NCBI GenBank assembly: GCA_010405405.1
Contig: MU004238.1
Coordinates: 879,530 to 943,529 of the forward strand
Direction of reading: 5' to 3'
DNA length: 64,000 nt
Source of the DNA: Microthyrium microscopicum
Taxonomy: Eukaryota
Shown here: positions 48,863 through 61,513 of the stretch, one piece after another
Numbering within the stretch: position 1 is the first letter of the stretch
How the letters are laid out: the number at the start of each line of letters is the position of its first letter
Translations under genes and position numbers: made by a program
The notes under the pieces: model-generated
Told to the model about the DNA's origin: nothing
The model's database searches: none
Seen by the model: the letters and a program-made list of their open reading frames with translations, nothing else

Positions 48863-50605
48863 ATGGCGCCTAAACGTAATAACAATAAACGTAAAGCATT
48901 AGAAGATATTTAGCCTAATAGCCAAAAACGGCCTAAGAGAGCTTAAATTACTACCGCTAAAAAAGCTACTATAGACACTAAAGATCCTAAAATCTTAGAG
49001 GAAGAGTATCTAGAATAGGTAACGTAGATTTTGCCTAAAATATACTAAAATGCACCCTTAACGGCGTCTAGAGGGCTACTAAATTCTTAACGCTAATTAT
49101 AGATATTCTAGCTAGCTATAGATAGCCTAACGTAGTCGTAGAGACCCTAAAATCTAGCATCTTTAGCTATAATTCCTAGCTCTTTACTTAGCTATATTAA
49201 AGAGATAGATAATAGAGCAAACGCTAGCTAGAGATCTTATTAGCCTAAATTTAGCAAGCTCTTAAGCGCAAATCTTTAATATTTTCCTCCTTTTCTACTA
49301 AAGAATAGTTTTAATCTTTTTAGCGTTAATGTTAAGTAATCTTAGCCTAATAGCACTTAATCTTAGCCTAAAGGTAGTCGTAATAATCTTATAGACCTAG
49401 TAGGATCTTATCCTACTTATAGAGTCTATTATTAAATAACAAAGCGCTATAAAAGAGGGAATAATCATATAGTACTAGATAAGTACTAATATAAGATAAT
49501 ACTACTAGTTTATAAAGTCTTTAAAAGGGCCCTAATCTAGAGAGATAAAAGAGCTAGAGAGTAAATATATACCCTTAGATTATTACTATTAATCTAGACC
49601 TATTTATTACTTCCTATTAAAAATACACCTAAAGATTGCTCGCTACCTATTACTTTTAATATAGATCTAGACGAAAAAGAGGTTAATAAGAATCTAAAAT
49701 CCCTTAAATAAGAGCTCTTTAAATATAAGAAGTTATTTAAAGATATTAATCTACTTTAAGATATATCTTTTATTATTAATAAGGCTAAATCCGTGCCTAT
49801 ATTCTCTAGAATAGTAGAAGAACTTAATTAGGCTAAAGAAGTTAAGGAAGATCTAGTTACTAATACCGCTATATAGTAGAATCTTTAGCGTAATTCTAGC
49901 TTCAAATTTAAGAAGTTATTACGCTATTATGCTTACTATAAGGAAATATATCTTACTTTAAGAGTTAAAGGTTATTATCTAGTATCTAAGATTAATAATA
50001 CTTATATTCTTATTACGCCCTTAATTCTATACGATTAGATAGTAGTAATAGTAGATAAACCTCTTATTATAAACGTTAAACTAGTTCTTCTTAAATTCCT
50101 AAGTAAGATTATAGCCCTATAGGCTAGTAAGCGCTTCTAAAAAGACGCGTAAAAGAATAATTCCTCTAGTAAAGGTAATTTTAATAGTAATATATTATTT
50201 TTAGGCTTAAATTTAGCAGAATTACAAGATGCGTTATTTTCTTTATCTTTTAGGGTATCTTTTAGTATTGTTTAATTCTATGCGTTATCGCTAAGTTCTT
50301 TAGTAATAATTAGTAATTCTATTAAAGAAATATTAAAGTTTAAAGATTAGATTCTAGCTTGCGTTAGTAGAAATAGCCTATAGGGTCGTTAGGTAACTAA
50401 AATAACTACTATTCTTTGATCTAAAGCGTATTAAATTAGATAAGCAATTAAAAAGGAAGAATTCTTCTTTACTACTATAGATCCTAATATTAAATCGGAT
50501 ATAGTAAAGAACTTTAAGATATAGGTAGCAGAATAGCACGAAGATACTTATATTATTAATTTATTAAAGGAATAAGAAGCTTAGATTACTACTACTTCTA
50601 GATAA
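48863..50605 (+). pseudogene. Second (accessory) ORF of the Tc1-like element, ~580 codons, RIP-inactivated, function unknown
   Basis: ATG GCG CCT AAA CGT... (MAPKRNNNKRKALEDI*PNSQKRPKRA). The frame can be followed to TAA at 50603-50605, and all internal stops are explicable as RIP of CAA/CAG/TGG/CGA codons. Confidence 0.7.
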
Positions 50606-51658
50606 GAAGCTCACTATAATAGAAGTAGTCTCTAGCTCTTTTACTATCGTTAAGTTTCTTTAATTCTAACTCTAAGAATTTCCTAAATATCTATCTAACT
50701 TTGTAGCCTTTTTTATAAACTCTATTATTTAATCTAATCTACTTCTTTAGATTACTAAATAGTTATTTAATAGGATTAAAATCTAGTAAGTAGGCAAGTA
50801 AAAATAATAATATAATGCTATAAGAAGTAAAAAGAGGCTTAAGATCCTTTACTTAGTAAAAGCGCGCATTATCTATAATAATAATACTATTCTAAGGCAT
50901 AGGGAATAGGCTATACTTTAGAATTAAGTAATAACGATACTAGTAGGTAAAGTTTTCGCTATCTATATTATATTAATATAGAGTATATAGCAAAATTCTA
51001 TATAAAGTATATACTAGTAGTATATTCTATTACTCTAAGCGCTAAAGGGGTATAAAATTATTATATTCTTAGCCTATAAGGCTTTAACCTATCTATTAAG
51101 TTAATTCTTTGCTTCTATTACTAGCTTTATTAATAAATATAAGCTAATTAAGATAGTATTTTAGGATTTCTTTATAGTAATGCTTTTAAGCCTATAAGGA
51201 GCGTTAAATAGCTATCTTACGATACTATTTTTATTAAAAATAGCCAAATATTAGATAAGTAAAGATATAGTAACGAACCCTCTTTTTAGTCTATCTTAGG
51301 CGCTTTAGGGTATAGGATACTATATAAACGCTAATAAATACGTTAAAGACATCTTCTAAATACTCTACAACTTTAAATTAAGTAGAATTAGGCTTTACTA
51401 AAAGATAATTAATTAAAGTAATAGTTTTAACGCTATTAATAGTAGCCTATTTACGTACTATACTAGAAGTCTTAAAGGAGTTAGTAATTTAAAGCTTTTA
51501 ACGCTAGTAATTAATTGTCTTTAGAGTATATCTAATTAAGTCTAAGATCTCATAGTTGTAGTAGTCTATAATAATTATATCTTATACTTATTAAAGCTTT
51601 AGATTATTAAGATATCGTCTTATAACTTAAGACATATTTAAGAGGAAGGAATTGGCAT
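50598..51658 (-). pseudogene. DD34E transposase (DDE_3/IS630-Tc1 family), RIP-inactivated, at least one intron; 5' end approximate
   Basis: De-RIP reading: HTH region YLEDVFDVFVSVHTVSRTLKRLGWTKKR, a GTTCGT...TAG intron (~51279-51225), LIFIDE, IIIMDNARFH (D at 50873-50871) and FLPAYSPDFNPIE (E position 50768-50766), i.e. 34 residues between D and E. Confidence 0.9.
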
Positions 51659-52060
51659 TTAAATAGTTATAAGAAGAGATAAAATGGGTTAGTTATAAGA
51701 ATTCTACAACACTAAGAAGATCATAAAGTTAGGTAAAGTTAGATATTGAGATATCTTGCCCGTAGCCGTTTATGGGTACGCTAAGCACGCTACCATAGTA
51801 ATTTGCACTGTAGCAGACTCCTAAATTCTAGGGCCTCCCCCAATCAGAATCCAGGGTCGAAATGCGCTAATCCTGCAGTCAGAACCCTCAGAATGCAAGG
51901 CAGAGGTAGGGTACAGATACGAGCAACTGAATATAGGCAAAACATTGATCCAATATCTACATGTCATAACCACACTCGACGACTTTCTCATATGTACTGT
52001 TGCGAATGTCGAAAAGGAAATTCATCCAAAGATCGCAAGGTCGCTACAAACTTTTCTGCC

Positions 52061-53337
52061 TTAAACTTCTCCATAGTGGGCAATTGTAGGCTTAGTATAA
52101 CTTATTTGTTCGCTAGGCGACATACCACGTGCTTCAATATCATGTATGGTCGATACTGATCTTGAGAAAGGGGCCTTTACATCAGAGAGGAGAAAACTCT
52201 GATTCTTGATATCCCAATCAGGCTGCATGGTGCCCTTCCTCGATCTTGATTTTGAAGACCAAGTACTGATTGCCCCCGTAAGGCGTGAAGTGTCAAAGTA
52301 TCGTTGGAAAAAGATCTTTAGTGCTGGAGCCGAGGCACATATAATCCCAAGGTGTACTTCAATGGTAGTCCATAGGAATGCTAGGCCGGTGTACCAAGTA
52401 ACGTCGTATGTTTGATAGAAGATCATCTGGATATAATAGAGCCGAACGACGGCTGTGAGACTTGTGCTATAATCCGCCCGTTAGGCAGAGACTTGGAGGC
52501 CATGGAGTCTAACTTACAAGAATCCAAAGGCAAAAACGGCAGCTAATGCCACCTTTTGTCGAAAAGGTAATTGAAGTCTCCAGAATAGGATGCAAGGCAT
52601 CAGACAGGTGATAAAGTCTTGAAGCACACTGACACTGGTGGCTGTCAAAAGATCCGCCGACTCATTGAAGCAGGTCCAGTCCCGGCCCTCTTTGTGTGTA
52701 AGACGCCAATCAAGCTCAAGTTGATTCCAGAAAGCATCCAAAGGTCGACATCCAAGGAATAGAGCAAGGGTGAAAGCGATATAATAGCTGGCAACGAATC
52801 CAATGCAAAGTCTGACCGCCCACCGAAAGAAATTCGATATGGTCCCACTTGCCAATCGACGGTAGAAAAGCAAAATAGAGATTTTTGTCAGTGTAGTACT
52901 GGTCATGTATAGCAAATCGACGGCAACCACCAGCTACGATCGTCAGCTCCGAAGATATGAAGCGGTAAGAAGAATACCTTTCTGCTTGTAGCTCCCTCCT
53001 CGGCAGTCAATTCCCAAACGTGTCGATCAAAGTACGCTCGTCCACCTGTCGGTGGTTAGATAGGCACTTGAAGTTTAAGCGAGGAAACATTACTGCCTGC
53101 TACGCAAATGGCAACTCCAGTGAGTGGGATCAATGCGATAACAATGATCAAATCGTCTAAGCCGCCAATCTTTTGAATCTTGAGACGCGCCCATAACCTG
53201 CCAGCAACAACCAAAATAGTTATTGCCCACAACACGATGGTAGCAATTGTGATGCCCCATCCTCGACGAATTGGATGGTCTGATCGAGCAGGCCAGCTAA
53301 GGATGACTTCCAGAGGAGGGTGAATACCACCAGGCAT
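52061..53337 (-). CDS. PTH11-like integral membrane protein / fungal rhodopsin-like GPCR lacking CFEM
   Basis: MPGGIHPPLEVILSWP, GLDDLII, DRHVWE, TKISILLFYRRL, CRPLDAFW, DFITCLMP, LQLPFRQKVAL and WTTIEVHLGIICASAPALK. Three introns. Confidence 0.92.
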
Positions 53338-55972
53338 TGAGAGAAGGCAATGATTGTTGATAGCTACAATAGCGAGCTGGGAGCAATGTCATATGTGATG
53401 ATATAAGATTCAGTAAGGTATAGGCTTGTTAAACAGTTTGAGCCGCAAAGGACCAGAGTTCATACAAAGCAGGGACATGGCCAGGATGATAAATGTCCCT
53501 CAGGAAGGCTGCTTGGTTCACAAGCCAACAGAAATGGTCAACGATTGTATGCTTTAGAAGATGATTTCCTGTCTTCATCTGCAAGTTTGGCGAGCTGCAG
53601 AAACTCACTTGTCATGAGCGGTCACCCCGGTCCGGGGATGCGTGTTGAGGAGAAAGAATAGCCTGGAGATGTAAAGTCTTTTGCGCTCGCATTTGATCTG
53701 ATTGGTACCATTGATGTGGCAATGATTGCCAAGTGCTGGGACATGCTTGATAGAATCACTGCATGCCTGGTCGAGTAATCTCCTCTATTGTCAATACTAA
53801 AGGGCCAATTCCAAGTACAAGATGGATAGTTCCTGTGATACCCCAACGATAGGACTGGTCAGTTCTTCTCCATTTCAGTTCGAAGGCGGCATTGTCCGCG
53901 TGTGACAGGTCCATATGGGCATGAAAGACTGTCAGTTAGCACCGCCAGATCACTCTTTGACGGCTGTACGGAGTATATTCCATGAGCTGCGAGTGACATG
54001 CTCACTAGTCTGACGCTTGCTCAGGCGAAGATCTTCTAGACGTCAAAATCGAACATCGAGTCAGGATCTTTTGCTCCTCAAGATTTTGGTTGGTCCATTT
54101 CAAGCGGCAGATCAGCTGAAGTAGCATCCGTTTTCATGGCGTCGGATCTCATTGTGGTCTAGGCAAATGAAGAAAGCCCGCTTCGAGTTGACTTGTAGTG
54201 GGAAAGAGGAAAGAACGAATCTGTATATGCATGATATGTTACAAGTACATAGAAGCGAGCAAGATGTGGTTACCAATGAGAGCAGTAAAGCGTGGTGGCG
54301 TAAGAAGATGCATGCAGCGGATTGCACCAGTGGAATAAATCAGGATTTTTAGGGGCTTTAATTGCATATGCGCCACAAAGCTTGGCATCAGTTTAGACAT
54401 TTCTTGGATTTGTGTTGGTTGTTGATGTTCCCAGCTGCGACAGGGGATGCATGCAGGCACATTCTTCCATGGAGTCGTGCTGATGAAGTAGCCAAGAATT
54501 TGAACCTTCAAAGTCTTGGAGAGAAGAGTTCAACGGTTCTGGGTCCTTGAAAACATCTCGACGAGTCGACCCCAGGTTACATTCAGCCTCTCCAAAACAG
54601 CTCGCCACAATGCTGGATTTCCTAGAAATATAAACTGATTGGGGAGCAACAAATGGGCCATAAGTAATTGTGGTTTAGACTAGGACTTGTGAACTTTGAC
54701 CAGGTTTTGACTATTCACATCTTTAGAAGTTTTAAGTGTGTGATAACCTTGAAAACATTATCTCCATTAAGTATTTTACCAGTGAAAAATTGGTTGTACA
54801 GCTGATACTTTGTACAAATACCCTATATCTTCTTACGAGAGCCTCTCGATTTCCCATCTCTCGGAGGTCACTGCACAAAAATCAAACAACGGTTGAGTTT
54901 TGGTTGAAGAAATTCCTACAGTTTATGCATCCAAGCACTGAGGACTCATATTGAGCTTTAAAAATAAAATAATTATGTTTGTTGATAGATTGCTTTGTGG
55001 AAGTGTCATAAGAGAGGTCTTGCCAAATCTTAAACCAGCAGGGGAAGTTGGTCAGTACGATTTTATTGAACAAAAATGGGCTGCAAATGAGAATCACATA
55101 TTCTTCAGATCAGAAGTACTTTGAATTTATGGCTGACTCACTATGCGCAAGGTATGGAGTTTGGATTTGCTCGGAGTGCTCCGGTGGTCGAGGTCTTTGG
55201 TGGTATGATGCTCATGATCAACAACATCAGATATAGTAGTAGAGGTAACACCACAATGGCCCCATTATCCCATACAATTCTCTCGAAAGAAAGGGTCTTA
55301 AATGCAGAGATATAAAAATGGATTCATGCGTGAATTATAAATGTCCATTGTTCCAGCACCAACCGCTTTCCCGTTCAGCCATACAATTCTGTTAAGTACT
55401 CTATCAACCATTGCACCAACTAGTACCTTTGCAACACCATACCTTATCCCTTTGCGAGAATCCAAATCATGGCGCGTACCCCTGCCGTAAAACTTCTCCA
55501 TCACACTAATCCAGTCGCATCGATTTTCCTCACATTTGCCGGTTCGTAGCTCCACTTGTGATTGCAGAGTAACCAACAGACTAACTTTCACCAGCATGTG
55601 CTTCCATCTACACCTATACGGTGACAATGGGAGGCTTGGAACAGACGAGCAATGCATTCGAACGCTTCGAGGCACGGCGGAAGCACAATGTTGAAAATTT
55701 GTCTGCCACGGGACAGCTTTTGATGCAAAAGGAGCACAACAATTCATAAGCCTAATGGGAGTGCCATTGGGTACTATGTCTCACCTGGTGCCCAAATCGA
55801 GAGATGAAGCTAAAATATGTCGATCGGAGTTTTCATGGACTGTTTCCAAGAAGCGTTCTGGATTTGTTTTTCAACGCCAAATTAAGTGCTTGTCCACTGT
55901 GGTTATCTCTTATTTTGTAGCTGCAAACTACAATTCCAACTTTACCATGCACCTCTGAACCTAGCAAATGCT

Positions 55973-56618
55973 TCAATCATTAAGGAGATAGGCCTTGTTT
56001 AAGGGAAGTCCTCGCTCATACATGAAGAGCTTCTTTCCTTCATGCACAAATTCGAGTGTTAGTCCATCGCTGGGATATACCATGACTCCAGCGCTTGTAA
56101 CTCTGCTTTGGCGGACGCGAGACACGACCTCTTCAAACTCATTGTTTTTGAGCCAGGCTCGCAAGCCCGGTATCTGCAAATAATCTGCCAGTCTTTCGAT
56201 CTTGACATAGGAAATATAGTCAAAACCCCTTTCCCTGGTCCATAGAAAAGGCATTACGCCAGTCTTCAAATAGTCCAGAATATGGCTAAATGTCTTTGAG
56301 TCGAAATCAAAATAGAGTGGCTCTTCTGGAGCAGATTGTTCTGTCCCGTCCGAATCACCCTGGGTCAGCCGGTTTCCAAGGTCAAACATGGCTATGAAGT
56401 TATTAAACGATGCTTTGCCCCTGAATATGGATAGAGCCGCAATGGCGAAAATGGAGTAATAAAGTAGGTTCCATGAGACAGGTGCTGTTATAGAAACCAA
56501 ACTCACCTCTGAAATAACCACTCCCTTCAGCCATGCCATCCATAAGAGTTTGCTTGGTAGTGACGAAGGTTCGTTCGCTAACCTCAATGGTTATCTTTGC
56601 CGCAAGATTTCCTGGCAT
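55973..56618 (-). CDS. BTB/POZ domain protein, paralogue of 47505-48098, one intron
   Basis: MPGNLAAKITIEVSERTFVTTKQTL...GSGYFR, then intron 56506-56392 (GTGAGT...TAG, phase 1), then AMFD...FDFDSKTFSHILDYLKTGVMPFLWTRERGFDY...IERLADYLQI. Confidence 0.82.
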
Positions 56619-57770
56619 CGAGGCGGTTGGCAAAAAAGCTACCGACTACGTGCGTGCGGGTAGTTGGATATCTGACACAAGGAGAACATGTGATTGTAAA
56701 TCGGTTGAGAGTGATCTAAATTAAATCTAAAGTTAGTAAAAGAAGCATATGCAGTATTTCGAAAGTACCTAGGCCGTCAAGTCTGACGATGGCAAATCAG
56801 AGTGTAGGAAACATTTCGACAACATCACAAATGTGTCCTTCTTTCGATTCCTCTAGCGTGATAGTAGCGCCAGAGAGCCTTCCAGCAATTATGGGACTGT
56901 TGTTCATTGCTAGCGTGGGCTAGGTCCCTTAAATCACTCTCGCACTCGACGTTCTTCTTGTCCCCAGAGATGTAGAGATGTACGAAGTAGCAATGTTGAG
57001 AATACTCGAACTCCCGCCAATCTCTCACCAACATCGAAAGCACTTCAGAGAGGTTTTTCTCGCATGTTTGTCGTGTCTAAGGATTTCTTCTGTGTTCTAA
57101 CATAAAGACGCCGCTTTTTACAGTACATGCACGTTTTGGGATACCTATCACTTTGGGAACAACAACGCACAACTGCTCGCCCTTAACTATGTTAACCAAG
57201 ATTAGCTTACAACTAAAACCTCATTAGTGACTAAGCTTTCTGTACTTTGAATCTTTATCGTCATGCGCGTATCTAGACAATAATACATACCCGTGTACTA
57301 TATAGGCGACAGTACAAGAAGGGAAGTGACAGATGATTCGCATTTCTCGAATCCTTCATCCAGTTGAAAACTTGAACATAAAAGTTATATTCTCATTTCT
57401 CAGATACTTTTGCTTTATTGTATCCCAATATAGAATCAGCAACTACGCGAGGATATAGCCCATGGGCAGATCTATGATAATCCGAATCCTACTGGGAAGG
57501 CTTTACTATGTAATTGGCCCGGATCCTTGCCATTGACTTCATGAATCGTATATTTCATTCCTTTATTGAAATATGCGCCAGAAGATCTGTACTGCTTTTA
57601 TGGGGCCAACATTTGAAGAGTTCTTGTCGGGTTGGGCTAATGTTCGTCATTTACGAGAGTTCAATATTGGTACATTGTTGACAGTATAAATGGCCATCCT
57701 CTGGTCCGATCTTTTGATTTACTGAGACCAAATAACCTCCTGCCTCAAAAAAACTCTCCGGCTTAACTTC

Positions 57771-59034
57771 ATGAACATGTTTTCCTCTGTTATGGTTGCC
57801 ATTTTGGGCGTGTCTCCAGCAATCGCTTCTGTTCTTTCATCCCGTGCTGTACCAAACAACACCTTGCCTTCCGGCACAAATCCCATTAAGGTCTCTTCAG
57901 CGCAATTCTTGGGGAACTTGACTGCAGATAACAGCTGCTCTCATCGTGACTTGGGTTTCAGCGGCCCCATCAATGGAGTCTGGTATCACATCTTTGGTGA
58001 TACAATTTGGTGCGATACTGGAGTTACGGATCCCAATCTAGACCCTGGATACGGACCTGATGGAGTACCAGGCGGTTTTGTTCCCTTTGTTCGAGACTCA
58101 ATTTCTCAATCAACAAGCAATCCTCTGAAAGTCCACGATCTCCATCTCAACGATAATACACCAGTACCTCACCAGAACCAGTTTGTCCCATATGATAAAA
58201 GTTTTGGAGAAGCGGTAGACACTGGTTTTGGGGGGACCAGTCTATGCGAGACAAATGCCACAGCTGGCGAGGCTGCCTTCTTCTATCTCGTAGTAAGTAT
58301 TCAGTCCAGGCTTTAGGAGGCTCTTTTCGATTCTAATAAAATAAATCATATAGGCACCCAACGGAGCGCCGAGCAAAGGCGCCGGCGTCGCTAGGATTTC
58401 GACTGCCTTTGGAACCCCAACTGTAGAGGCGCGTTTTGGCTCCCAGGGGTACTGGTGGGACGCAAAAACTTCTCCTAGATACGGCGATCAAGCCGCGTAT
58501 CGTGATACTCAGGGAGATTATATCTACGCATGGGGCGGTGCTCCACTAAGTGCAACCGGCGAGGCGACCAGATACGTCTATCAGACACGTGTACTGGCAA
58601 CCCAGGCATTCGATCTGACAAAGTACCAATATTGGTACGGCCGAGCAACAGGATGGAAAACGACGCCTCTTACGACTTTCAATGAGGAGACAGCTGTCAT
58701 GGCAGGTGCTGGTCAAGGACAAGTTGTGTATAGCAACTATTACAAAACTTATCTGTTCGTACATACAGGTCAGTCAACCCAATTGATTTCGCACAGACTA
58801 ATGTACTGACAATTTGTGATAGATCTCTTTCACGTCTTGATCCGGACAGCGCCTAAACCTGAAGGTCCTTGGAGCGCAGATGTTATTGCGTGGACTCCTA
58901 CCAAATTTTACTCAGCAGGTTATATCTATGCTGGGGTTGCCCATCCATACCTGGACACTTCAGGAAAGACTTTGACAGTGTCTTATACTAATAACCCGAA
59001 CGTCAATGATGTCGTAAAAATCACCTTCGCGTAG
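57771..59034 (+). CDS. Secreted DUF4185-like beta-propeller protein (putative glycoside hydrolase)
   Basis: Signal peptide; HRDLGFSG, IFGDT, YGD, DYIYAWG, YQYW, QGQVVYSNYY, IRTAPKPEGPWS and YAGVAHP. Introns 58293-58353 and ~58769-58822. Confidence 0.7.
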
Positions 59035-59564
59035 TTGTTGTTTCCCTGTTGCTCGATGAAAGAGATCGGACTGTAAGCCAAGTTGTTTTCGACAGCAATT
59101 GATATTAAGATGTACTGGGTAGCACCGTCAACCCGGGACTGAAAGGCCGCGATCAATAATGAAAAGAAAAGTCATTTTGATCCAGTTCTCAGCAGCGATT
59201 TGTGAGTTGTGACTGTGATCGGATGGAAAAATTCGATTTTGATCCCATCTTTACCGCCCCCCATTTCGATTTCATACCGCATTAGCATCTATTAACAGCC
59301 CAAACAGAGAAGATAACAGGATGTTCTGAGGCAGTAGTTATGTCTTGAAGGTCACCTCGAGAGCCCTGAAATCAGCAAGTATGATAGCAGCCGCCAGTGG
59401 CCACGGAAAAGGGGTATCACGTGCACACGTGTCAGTTACGCCATTTACGACATCGACGCGTGCCTTTGATCATGATGCCAACCTGGAAACCTCCTACGTT
59501 TCGAAGCCTTTTGCATCTCATTGCCATTGACCACGCTACTAGATCCATTGCCTCGTACCTCATC

Positions 59565-60398
59565 ATGCCTAAAGCTGCCAAGGTTAAAAATGCCCGCGCC
59601 ACTGCCTCAAGGTCAAAGAAGGCATCAAAGCCTACTGTGACCACAGAGAAGGACACTGAAGATATTCCCATGGTATACGCTACATCCCACAAGATCTTCT
59701 GGGCTTCTTCTTACACTACCGATTAGCCTATCGCTGAAAGCTACCTCTTACAAGTCCGTCTTAACAGAAGCAATGACCCTACAATCACCCGACTTCTAGT
59801 CGTTCCATCCAATTTCACATTTGAGAAGCTACATGAAGTCTTGCAAGTCGCATTCGGATGGGCTGATTGTCACGCACATTCATTCGATATCCTACAATTG
59901 CACGAAGAGGGTAAACCCAGAGCTCGCCGGCAATGGGAATCTGTTCTCACTCTCAAGGAGGATAACCTCGATGCAAGCTCATTTCCACATCCCGAGCGAA
60001 TTCAGAAGGAGGCGGACTTTACCCTTGCCAATATATTTGTTGACACCAAGTACGATGGCAAAATTCAGGTTGTATACGAATACGATCATGGAGATGGCTG
60101 GGTACATGGCATCGTCTTTCTGGGTCGTGCAGACCCGAGTTTGAGAAGTGTAATGAACGTACCAGATGATCTTGAGGCCTGTTGTCTTGGAGGTGAAGGA
60201 CACCCTGCCGCAGAAGACTGCGGTGGCTCGTCGGGATGGGAATATCTGAAAAGTGTCTTCAAGAAGGGTAAGAAGGATCCAGAAGGACTGAAGGAATGGT
60301 ACAAGACTACTTGTACCAACGGCGATCCGAAAGGGCTGGATCCTTACAGATGGGATATGTTAGATGTGAATGATGGTCTCACGAGCGTGAAGGCCTGA
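59565..60398 (+). CDS. Plasmid pRiA4b ORF3-like / MM3350-like domain protein
   Basis: ITRLLVVPSNFTFEKLHEVLQVAFGWADCHAHSF, YEYDHGDGWVH and CLGGEGHPAAEDCGG. Intron 59673-59726. Confidence 0.88.
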
Positions 60399-61513
60399 TT
60401 GATTGCTCATTTCACGTACGAAGTGTCCCATCATGGCTTCTAAAGAGTAGCTCTTCTACTTTCCACCGTCTTCGATGATGTATAAAATCTTTCCACACTC
60501 GATATGTAACAAAACACTTGGCGATAAGACCTACTATATAGGAGCCAGCGTAGGTGATGAATTTGCAAGTATGGAGGTCCAGAATCGATATCAAGCAGTT
60601 TCCCAATATAGACAAATCTTATATCCGCGGACTTTCATGACATTTCAAGTTCAGAATGCAATCCGAAGGCATGGTTCGATTAGCATTGCCGGTTATACCG
60701 AAGCCTTTGATACTCAAACCTTCCAGGCTCCTGACTAATTACTGTTAGTGTAGTGACGAATTTTACTTCATTTCAAGAATGGTAGTTGCATAAGCAGGTA
60801 TCAAAATCTGGTAGAAAAGTAGCGCTAACAAACCCCCCAAGCGCAATATCATTATTCTCACTTGCAGTACAATTGAATATGTTTTCGTTCTGAAATTCGA
60901 GTTCGAGTGCCATGTGAAAACTGAAGCCACACAAGTTGTCAAGTCAAATTTGTCTCCCATTGATATGTCTTCCATTTTACCCATCATTTACAATGTTTGT
61001 CTTGAACCTCCTGATTGAGTTGGCTCTATTCTAGTTCGGAATGGTTCTACTGGGCATAGCTCTGCGTTGTTCGATGCTAAGATAACCAGATACAATCAAG
61101 TAGAGACAAAGTAGATTTGAAAAGGCAGCATTAAATGAGCTTTCGTAAAAGATGTTAGTGTTTCTATGGATACAATAGTACCTAAAAGTACAAGGTTGTC
61201 AATCCGAAGCAGTGTAGACCAACCATAATCTGACACTGTATGCAATGAATGCTCTCTAAGGGATATAGTCCATGTCAGAAAGAGTCAACGCCAACCGTCA
61301 TAAACGGGGTATCAAAGCATCAATACCCCACGCTCAAACCGCATCAACAAAGGTCCAACTCCCTCCACATGCCTACCCTCTTGTCTCGTCTCTCAATCTC
61401 CAAGAGTACCTCATCCGGCCAACAAGAAAATACAAGGGGTATAGCGTTACAACATAGCGTGCATAAACACATGTACTCATTCCACAAAACGAAACCAACA
61501 GCGCACCATCACA

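Larger units (their letters stand above)
48548..51906 (-). mobile_element. RIP-mutated Tc1/IS630-type (DD34E) DNA transposon, 3359 bp, TA TSD, with two convergent ORFs
   Basis: 67-bp TIRs at 48548-48614 and 51840-51906 with one mismatch. TA at 48546-48547 and 51907-51908. Inner 16-bp IR at 48639-48654 / 51800-51815. The AT-rich RIP'd interior encodes a DDE transposase. Confidence 0.95.

Noticed and set aside
53600..55960. Short ORFs including 55298-55747 (149 aa)
   Set aside because: No domain-like motifs or supporting splice signals; treated as intergenic.
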